A DNA stretch of 64,000 nucleotides, from NCBI GenBank assembly GCA_013812505.1, contig JACCTH010000036.1, positions 39,957 through 103,956 of the forward strand, written 5' to 3'. The notes under the pieces are model-generated. The model was not told the origin of the DNA, ran no database searches, and saw only the letters and a list, made by a program, of their open reading frames with translations. The DNA comes from Acidimicrobiia bacterium. Lineage in GTDB: Bacteria > Actinomycetota > Acidimicrobiia > Spongiisociales > ZC4RG35. The position numbers and the translations under genes were made by a program. Shown here piece after piece: positions 57,975 through 64,000 of the stretch (position 1 is the stretch's first letter; each line of letters opens with the position of its first letter).

Positions 57975-58663
57975 TGCTCGCCCTCGCTTTCGTACTCAAA
58001 CCGGCCGGCGACGATGTCGGCCGCCATCGCTCCCAGCGGGGGCCCGGCGCGGAACGCCACGGCGCGGAGTCGAACCAATGCTTCCTCGGCCCTAATCCCC
58101 AGGCGTGCCATCAGAATTCCCGTGGCCTGATGGACACGTGCCACCGAGGCGAAACCGTTCTCGAAGACGGGGGCCAGTAGGTCGTCGCTCATTCCCGCCT
58201 GGCTGCCAACCACAGCGTAAGCAGCTATTTGGGCGATGACATATCCGTCGGCGGTCTGGTCCCTTGTCATTGGCCCTGCGCGGGAGGCGTAGAGGATCAA
58301 GACCCCGAACCTTGCGGCACCAAACTGGAGGGGGAAGCTCGAAACCGCTCGAATGCCCACGGCGAGCATCGACAGGTCGAAAGCCGGCCATCGGGTCGAG
58401 GTTGCCGCCCCCAAGTGGGGCTCTTCGACCAAGGCGCCCGCGGCAAAGGCATCAAGGCCGGGCCCGACCCCGAGCAGCACCTGCGAATCCTCACCCGCCT
58501 GCGCGCCAAAGCCGTGCGAGCAGGTTGATCCCCGGCTGCCGTTGCTATGGAGAGACAATCCGGCGCCAGCAGACTCTGTGATTTGGCTGGCGGTGACGCA
58601 GATCGCGCTCAACAGCGGCCCCCCAGCGGCGTTCGTCATCAAGGCGCCGACGACCTTCGCCAA
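57971..58663 (-). CDS. GAF-like + ANTAR RNA-binding antiterminator-type regulator
   Basis: C-terminal ANTAR pattern VHQATGILMARLGIRAEEALVRLRAVAFRAG. 4-nt overlap with the downstream paralog. Confidence 0.7.
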   Translation of the reverse strand: MAKVVGALMTNAAGGPLLSAICVTASQITESAGAGLSLHSNGSRGSTCSHGFGAQAGEDSQVLLGVGPGLDAFAAGALVEEPHLGAATSTRWPAFDLSMLAVGIRAVSSFPLQFGAARFGVLILYASRAGPMTRDQTADGYVIAQIAAYAVVGSQAGMSDDLLAPVFENGFASVARVHQATGILMARLGIRAEEALVRLRAVAFRAGPPLGAMAADIVAGRFEYESEGEH

Positions 58664-58773
58664 TCGATGGAGGGCCAGGTAGAACCGTCCTTCCCAAGAG
58701 TTCTACTGCGCCGGCGTAAGAGCGGCGGGGGCCGGGTCGGCAATCGCGACGGGAACAGTTGTCTCAACTGTAG

Positions 58774-59551
58774 ACGAAAGGTCGAGTTCCAGACCCGTCG
58801 CGTTTCGGTTACAGCGCTCCAGCCTCGCTGGAGGAGGTGGTGGCCAAGCTCGCCGAGGCCGGTGAGGAGGGCAGGGTTCTGGCCGGCGGGCAGGGTCTCA
58901 TTCCGATGATGAAGCTCCGCCTGGCTTCACCTTCTTACCTGGTCGACATCAACAAGCTCACCGAACTGGCCTATGTCAGATGCGACAACGGTCATCTTGC
59001 GGTCGGGGCCCTGGCCCGTCATGCCGAGATCGCCGAGTTGGAAACCTCGCCGACTTCAGCCCGGTCATGGCCGACGTGGCACCTTCGATCGCTGATCCGC
59101 TGGTTCGCAACCGAGGAACCCTGTGCGGCTCGGTGGCTCACTGTGATCCCGAAGGCGATTGGAACTCGGTGATGCTGGCGGTCGGGGCCACCGTCGTGGC
59201 AGTTTCAACCGGTGGCGAGCGGACGATCCCGATCGATGAGTTCATCGTCGATTTCTTCACCAACTCGTTGCAAGCTGGCGAAATGGTCAAGGAAGTCAGG
59301 GTGCCGATCCCGCCGGGGCGCAAAGGCGGGGCCTACATGAAGCTGCATCGCAAGGTCGGCAACTACGCCACCGTCGGGGTGGCCACCCATCTCGAGTTCG
59401 ACGACGCCGGCAAGATCTCGAAGGCCGATCGGTCTCACCTCGGTCGGTCCTCACAAACTCCAGGGCGGCCGAGGCGGAAGCGGCGTTGGTCGGCCAGGAG
59501 CCAAACGACGACCTCTTCGATCACGCCGGGGAGCTCGCCGCGGCGAGCTGT
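58774..59551 (+). pseudogene. remnant of the FAD-binding medium subunit of a CODH/xanthine-dehydrogenase-family enzyme (coxM-like): no start codon, at least 3 frameshifts
   Basis: Homology runs ..PSRFGYSAPASLEEVVAKLAEAGEEGRVLAGGQGLIPMMKLRLA.. (frame 1). It continues LADFSPVMADVAPSIADPLVRNRGTLCGSVAHCDPEGDW.. (frame 0, shift near 59040). Then IGLTSVGPHKLQ (frame 1, near 59430). Then AAEAEAALVGQEPNDDLF (frame 2, near 59462). An in-frame TAG lies at 58771, and no ATG/GTG/TTG precedes the conserved N-terminus. Confidence 0.7.
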
Positions 59552-60770
59552 GAGCGCCTCGACAAGGCGGCGCACGAGCTCGAGATGGATCCGGCTGAGT
59601 TCCGGCTCAAGAACTTCATCAAACCCGAGCAGTTTCCCTATCGTTCACCGACCGGCTTCATTTACGACTCGGGCGACTACCACACCGCCCTCAAGCTGGC
59701 GATGGAGATGATCGACTATGACGGGTGGCGACAAAAGCAAGCCGAACGACGAGATAACGACCCCGACGGCAAACAGATCGGGATCGGCATTGCCTCGTTC
59801 ACGGAAGTGGTCGGCGCCGGCAACTCGCGGGAGTACGACATCGCCGGTCTCAAAATGTTTGACTCGGCCGAGCTGCGTGTTCATCCCACCGGGAAAGCGA
59901 TCCTAAAGCTCGGGGTTAAGTCCCAAGGCCAAGGCCACGAGACAACCTTCGCCCAGATCGTGGCCGAAGAGCTCGACATCCCAGCCGGTCACATCAAGGT
60001 CCAAGAGGGTGACACCGACAACCCCCCTTACGGCTTGGGTACGTACGCGTCCCGCTCGACGCCGGTGGGTGGCGCCGCTACAGCGATGGTCGCCCGCAAG
60101 GTGCGAGAGAAGGCGCGCCAGCTGGCGGCCCATCTGCTCGAAGCTTCCGCCGACGATCTCGAGTGGGAGCCGGGGAAGTTCACCGTTAAGGGCACCGATC
60201 AAGGCGTCACGATCCAAGAAATCGCCTTCGCTGCCTACACCAACCACCCCGAGGGGATGGAGGCCGATCTCGAAGACGTCTGCTATTACGACCCTCCCAA
60301 CATGACATACCCGTTTGGGTCCTACATCGTGGTGGTCGAGGTCGAGCCCGGCGACGGCACCTGGCTGGTGCTCGACATGGTGGCGGTGGACGATTGCGGC
60401 GTACGGATCAACCCCATGATCGTCGAAGGGCAAATCACCGGTGGGCTCACCGAGGGTTTCGCCAAGGCCAACATGCAATGGATCACCTTCGATGAAGACG
60501 GCAACTGCATCGGGTCGAACTTCTTGGACTACATGATCCCGACCGCCTGGGAGACCCCGCGGTTCCGGCTTGGGCAGACCGTGACCCCGTCGCCTCATCA
60601 CCCGATTGGTGCCAAAGGCGTCGGCGAGTCGGGCCACGGTCGGATCACCGGCGGCCTTTGTCAACGCGGTCGTTGATGCCCTCTGGTGGAAAGGCGTGAC
60701 CGACCTCGACATGCCGGTGCTACCGCATCGCGTGTGGGAGGCGATGCACGGCATGGAGGTCGAGCCGTAA
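59552..60770 (+). pseudogene. C-terminal half of the molybdopterin large subunit (coxL/xdhB-like), fused in-frame to the coxM remnant, with one further frameshift
   Basis: The sequence begins abruptly at ERLDKAAHELEMDPAEFRLKNFI... (mid-protein motif) and continues for about 400 aa (..GQGHETTFAQIVAEELDIP.., ..VDDCGVRINPMIVEGQITGG..). The terminal GVGESG / TVGSPAAFVNAVVDALW...EVEP* needs a 1-nt shift near 60634. The small 2Fe-2S subunit and the N-terminal half of the large subunit are absent. Confidence 0.7.
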
Positions 60771-61645
60771 GCCACTTCCACCGGGTGGCGGAGCTTCGCG
60801 CCGAGGGTGCGGCCTTCGCCATTGCGGTCGTCACCTGGCGTCGCGGGCCATCGTCGGGTCGGCCGGGGGCGAAGGCGATCGTTCACCCGGACGGAACCGT
60901 CGAAGGCTGGCTGGGCGGGGCGTGCGCAACCGAGCGTGGTGGCCGCGGCCTTGTCGAGTCTGGTGGACGACAACCCCGCCTGTTGGTCCTGGGAGAACAT
61001 GATCACCGCGCCGAGGTGACCAATATTGCGATGGCTTGTTCGAGCGAGGGAGCGATGGAGGTATTCGTGGAACCGCAACTACCAACTCCCGATCTCCATC
61101 TCATTGGATCGTCACCGATGGTGGAGGCGCTCAGCCGGCTCGCCCGCGCCCTCGACTGGCGAGTGACGATCGTCGACGCTGTTTCCCTCGGAAAGATCTC
61201 ACCCGACTCGTTCGTCGTCGTCGCCACCCAGGGTCATTACGACGAACCGGCCCTGGAAGCCGCCCTCGCCACTTCCGCTCGTTATGTCGGCTTGGTGGCG
61301 TCGCACAAGCGCGCCAGCTCGGTTATGGACTGGCTCCGCGAACGCGGGGTGAGCGACGACCAATTGGCGAGAGTGCATACGCCGGCCGGGCTTGATCTCG
61401 GCTCGATCGAACACGCAGAGATGGCAGTCGCGATTCTGGCCGAGATAGTCTCGATCAAAGGCATGCGGCATACTCAAGTGGAGGTGGCCAAGTTGGAAGA
61501 AGCAATCGACCCGGTTTGCGGGATGACAGTCGATGTCGCCACCGCCCGGTTCTCATCCGAGCACGGCGGTAAGACCTATTACTTCTGCGCCCACGGCTGC
61601 AAAACGGATTTCGACGACGACCCGGAGTCGTTCCTAGCTTCTTGA
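60686..61645 (+). CDS. XdhC/CoxI-family maturation factor fused to a C-terminal YHS/TRASH-type metal-binding domain (start uncertain; an internal segment may be out of frame)
   Basis: XdhC patterns (..FAIAVVTWRRGPSSGRPGAKAIV.., Rossmann part HLIGSSPMVEALSRLA.., VATQGHYDEPAL). C-terminal DPVCGMTVDVATARFSSEHGGKTYYFCAHGCKTDFDDDPESF. Codons at about 60927..60976 read better in another frame (QPSVVAAALSSLVDDNP). Confidence 0.65.
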   Translation: MERRDRPRHAGATASRVGGDARHGGRAVSHFHRVAELRAEGAAFAIAVVTWRRGPSSGRPGAKAIVHPDGTVEGWLGGACATERGGRGLVESGGRQPRLLVLGEHDHRAEVTNIAMACSSEGAMEVFVEPQLPTPDLHLIGSSPMVEALSRLARALDWRVTIVDAVSLGKISPDSFVVVATQGHYDEPALEAALATSARYVGLVASHKRASSVMDWLRERGVSDDQLARVHTPAGLDLGSIEHAEMAVAILAEIVSIKGMRHTQVEVAKLEEAIDPVCGMTVDVATARFSSEHGGKTYYFCAHGCKTDFDDDPESFLAS

Positions 61646-61667
61646 CCCCTCCTGGGATTCTCGCGCA

Positions 61668-62036
61668 TCAATGAGCAGGTTCGAAGAGTTCTAAGACGTT
61701 TCCTGAAGGATCCTCAACCAGGATTTGGCGACCACCCGGTCCATCAACGACATCGTTGCGAAACACAGCACCAGTGGTCTTCAGTTCGGCGACCCGCGGG
61801 GCCAAGTCGGTGACCTCGATCACGACACGGTTCCAGCCACCCGGCTCGGGTTTGCGCCCGTCGGGCATGGGCTTTGCTGCTGACGAGATCGGCCCAGCGA
61901 GCCACAAGTCCATATCACGGTGCCTCACGATCGCGATCGCCGGCCCGTATCGCTCCACCAACTCGAAGCCGAGCACATCTATATAGAACTCGAGAGCCTT
62001 ACCAACATCATCTACGAGATAGCGCATGGTCGCCAT
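61668..62036 (-). CDS. VOC/glyoxalase-bleomycin resistance family protein
   Basis: Start at ATG 62036 (MATMRYLVDDVGKALEFYIDVLGFE). Two beta-alpha-beta-beta-beta modules. Confidence 0.7.
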   Translation of the reverse strand: MATMRYLVDDVGKALEFYIDVLGFELVERYGPAIAIVRHRDMDLWLAGPISSAAKPMPDGRKPEPGGWNRVVIEVTDLAPRVAELKTTGAVFRNDVVDGPGGRQILVEDPSGNVLELFEPAH

Positions 62037-62128
62037 TCGATCGCGAAGCGAACTCGCTCGCCGGACCCTTGCCTCAAAGGACGACCTCGAGTCCGCATCT
62101 TTTCGCGCGAAAACCAAAGGGGGGTGGG

Positions 62129-62632
62129 CTAGCTAGCCGCGCGAATCTCGGTTTCGAGGCTTGTTCGCAGCGACGCCGGCGAGATGTCCCGCTTGACCAT
62201 CAGTCGACACGCTCGGTTGTCCTGATCCCGCAGGATTCCAAGCATGATGTGCTCCGCTCCGATGTGTCGGTGTTGGAGCCGGATCGCCTCGCGAAGCGCG
62301 AGCTCCAGTGCCTTCTTGCTTTCGGCTGCAAAACGAATGCCTCGCAACGGCAAACGGGCCGATTGGTCGGGAAACATGGCCCTCGTCCTCGATAGGACCT
62401 GTTCAAGGTCAATGCCGAGATACTCGAGTGCAGCTCGATCGATGCCAAGGAAATCGTCCAGAACCGTGCGCGTCAAACCAGCCTGGATGAGGACGCGACC
62501 GGCGACGCCAGTGTGATCGACGAGGACTGACAGCAAATGCTCGGTGGTCACACTGCTGTGGCCACGCGCCTCAGCTTGCGATTTGGCTTCCACTACAACC
62601 CCGCGGGCTTCAGCGGTGAATCGCTCAAACAT
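62129..62632 (-). CDS. stand-alone Clp N-terminal (double Clp_N repeat) domain protein
   Basis: Start at ATG 62632 (MFERFTAEARGVVVEAKSQAEARGHSSVTTEHLLSVL), with a second repeat ..AESKKALELALREAIRLQHRHIGAEHIMLGIL. The start shares one base with the upstream gene's stop (TGATG). Confidence 0.75.
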   Translation of the reverse strand: MFERFTAEARGVVVEAKSQAEARGHSSVTTEHLLSVLVDHTGVAGRVLIQAGLTRTVLDDFLGIDRAALEYLGIDLEQVLSRTRAMFPDQSARLPLRGIRFAAESKKALELALREAIRLQHRHIGAEHIMLGILRDQDNRACRLMVKRDISPASLRTSLETEIRAAS

Positions 62633-62835
62633 CAGCAAGCTCCGTGATGCTTGCGGTGGACGGTCTGTTTGGTGACGCCGAGGTGATCGGCTATCTCCCG
62701 CCACGACCAACCGGAACGCCGCGCGTTTATGACGTGCAGCGTTTCGAGTTCGTTCAGCAGTCGGCGGAGTGCCGCCACTGCCTGCAAACCCTCGGCAGGA
62801 TCGGGACTCGATGCTCGCTCGGATAGCAGGCTCAT
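62632..62835 (-). CDS. small helix-turn-helix protein (sigma-70 region-4-like/MerR-like HTH)
   Basis: ..ARRSGWSWREIADHLGVTKQTVHRKH. Start preferred at ATG 62835, with GGAGGA 7 nt upstream (alternative ATG 62850). Confidence 0.55.
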   Translation of the reverse strand: MSLLSERASSPDPAEGLQAVAALRRLLNELETLHVINARRSGWSWREIADHLGVTKQTVHRKHHGAC

Positions 62836-62853
62836 GTTCTTGTCCTCCATCAG

Positions 62854-62898
62854 TCGTCAGCTTATGCTGACGAGCTGACTTGGTCAACTTATGCTGAC
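62854..62898 (-). promoter_or_regulatory. putative promoter with two palindromic operator copies upstream of the HTH-ClpN pair
   Basis: On the minus strand: TTGACC (62887..62882), a 17-nt spacer, then TAAGCT (62864..62859). Palindrome tcgtcagc-ttat-gctgacga (62854..62873) covers the -10. The near-copy gtcaac-ttat-gctgac (62883..62898) covers the -35. The 12-nt direct repeat cttatgctgacg occurs twice, 27 bp apart. Confidence 0.5.
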
Positions 62899-63767
62899 GC
62901 GCGGACGCCGGCCTCGATGGCGCGGCCAGTGGCAACAAAGGCCGCTTCCGCGGCCAGATCGACATCACCGGAATCCATGCCGACCGCGGACACGAAGACG
63001 ACGTCGCCGTCGAAACGGGTGTGAGCCGGGCGGATACATGCCCCGATCGCGTCGTGGGCGCGCACCGCAAGACGGGTGAGTTCGGCGCGGCTCATGGCAG
63101 CGTCAGTAACAAGGGCGGCCAACACCGTGTTGACCACCGGCTGGGGACGTATCCCCGGTGGCCCTGGCACGTGGTCGCCACCGGTGAGCGACTCCCCCTC
63201 CAAGGTGAACACGTCTCCGACCGGGTTGAGCACCACCAAAGCGCCGACCCGGTGGCCGTCCGGCGTCTCGACTGCCGCCGACCCGATGCCAGTCCGGACC
63301 AAATACTCAAAGCCTCGCCACTTGGCCGCCGAGGTTCCCGCACCGGCGCCAACCCGGCCCATCGCGACGGGGTCGTCAGTGGCCGCCATGAATGCGGCCG
63401 CACCCGAGAAGGCATCTGGTTTCGGCTGTTCGCCTTCCATCGCCAGATCGAACACCACGGCGCCGGGCACGATCGGGACCGGGCCCGCCGGTGTGGGGTG
63501 TCCTCGACCTTGTCGGGCGAGCTCGGTGACCACCCCATCGGCAGCAGCCAACCCGAAAGCGCTGCCGCCGGTGAGAAGAATCGCCTGCACCTGCTCGACC
63601 CGCATCCCCACCGCCAGAAGATCCGTCTCGCGAGTACCAGGCGCCCCACCGCGGACCTCGACGGTGGTGACGTTGGGTTCGGGAAGGACGATCACTGTGC
63701 AGCCGGTCGGCGCGTCGGGGTGAGTCCAATGCCCAACTTGGACTCCGGCAATGTCGGTCAGCGTCAT
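62889..63767 (-). CDS. P1/S58-family peptidase (DmpA/aminopeptidase-like)
   Basis: Start at ATG 63767 (MTLTDIAGVQVGHWT). ..TGCTVIV.., ..GTRETDLL.., ..LLTGGSAFGLAAADGV.., ..NTVLAALVTDA are typical of the family. Confidence 0.7.
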   Translation of the reverse strand: MTLTDIAGVQVGHWTHPDAPTGCTVIVLPEPNVTTVEVRGGAPGTRETDLLAVGMRVEQVQAILLTGGSAFGLAAADGVVTELARQGRGHPTPAGPVPIVPGAVVFDLAMEGEQPKPDAFSGAAAFMAATDDPVAMGRVGAGAGTSAAKWRGFEYLVRTGIGSAAVETPDGHRVGALVVLNPVGDVFTLEGESLTGGDHVPGPPGIRPQPVVNTVLAALVTDAAMSRAELTRLAVRAHDAIGACIRPAHTRFDGDVVFVSAVGMDSGDVDLAAEAAFVATGRAIEAGVRASA

Positions 63768-63771
63768 CGTG

Positions 63772-64000
63772 TTAGTCGGTATAGCGACGCGGGAGGCGCG
63801 GTCCCACTCGAGCGACAATTTCATAAGGAATGGTGCTGGTGAGCCGCGCCCATTCGTCGGCTGTGACCTGCTCAGTCCCTTGCCGCCCCAACAATACGAC
63901 CTCCTCACCGACCGCCACCGGCTCCGGCCCGACATCGACCACGACCTGGTCCATGGTCACCGTTCCCGCCAGCGGTCGCCGCTTCCCCCCGATCAGGACT
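63772..64000 (-). CDS. alr: alanine racemase, 3' end only (5' part outside the window)
   Basis: ..VLIGGKRRPLAGTVTMDQVVVDVG...GEEVVLLGRQGTEQVTADEWARLTSTIPYEIVARVGPRLPRRY is the canonical Alr C-terminus. The frame is open to the window edge. Confidence 0.85.
   Translation of the reverse strand, partial: VLIGGKRRPLAGTVTMDQVVVDVGPEPVAVGEEVVLLGRQGTEQVTADEWARLTSTIPYEIVARVGPRLPRRYTD

Noticed and set aside
60807-61019. 70-aa ORF inside the XdhC gene as a separate gene
   Set aside because: It is not an independent gene. Its middle part (QPSVVAAALSSLVDDNP) looks like the displaced XdhC reading frame, and it is reported under the decayed-operon finding.

Overview
GC-rich (by eye about 60-65%, not computed), densely coding chromosomal segment that looks Actinomycetota-like: alr / tsaE-tsaB-rimI-tsaD / groES-groEL synteny, CIRCE operators, and many 1-nt and 4-nt start/stop overlaps. 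I found about 65 genes and one tRNA. I found no rRNA, CRISPR, transposase or integrase. (1) 1-4.2 kb holds the selenocysteine decoding module: tRNA-Sec, selB, selA. (2) 0-37 kb is a super-cluster for quaternary-amine/methylamine catabolism. It contains two dimethylglycine/sarcosine dehydrogenase-family genes, etfBA, betB, an OpuA/ProVWX-type betaine ABC importer, a BHMT-like homocysteine methyltransferase, heterotetrameric sarcosine oxidase in the order soxA-G-B-D, and a non-pyrrolysine MttB-family methyltransferase coupled to a signal-less PhnD-like protein. (3) 37-42.8 kb holds vapC with a 5'-truncated vapB, an M20 amidase plus HutF, and envelope genes. (4) 42.9-50.5 kb is a divergent cluster of three paralogous ATP-grasp ligases around a glgA-type glucosyltransferase, plus an esterase, a GNAT and a LURP-one-like gene. 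(5) 50.5-64 kb is the groEL/groES (dual CIRCE) and tsa block, separated from alr by an 8.5-kb island of regulators and decayed genes, including a frameshifted and internally deleted CODH/xanthine-dehydrogenase-type operon. The non-coding DNA holds three families of palindromic intergenic repeats and two inverted arrays of 7-bp tandem units. The best candidates for undescribed biology are the GlgA/triple ATP-grasp cluster, the corrinoid-less MttB+PBP module and the heptad arrays. All functional calls come from motif and family recognition by eye; no database search was run.
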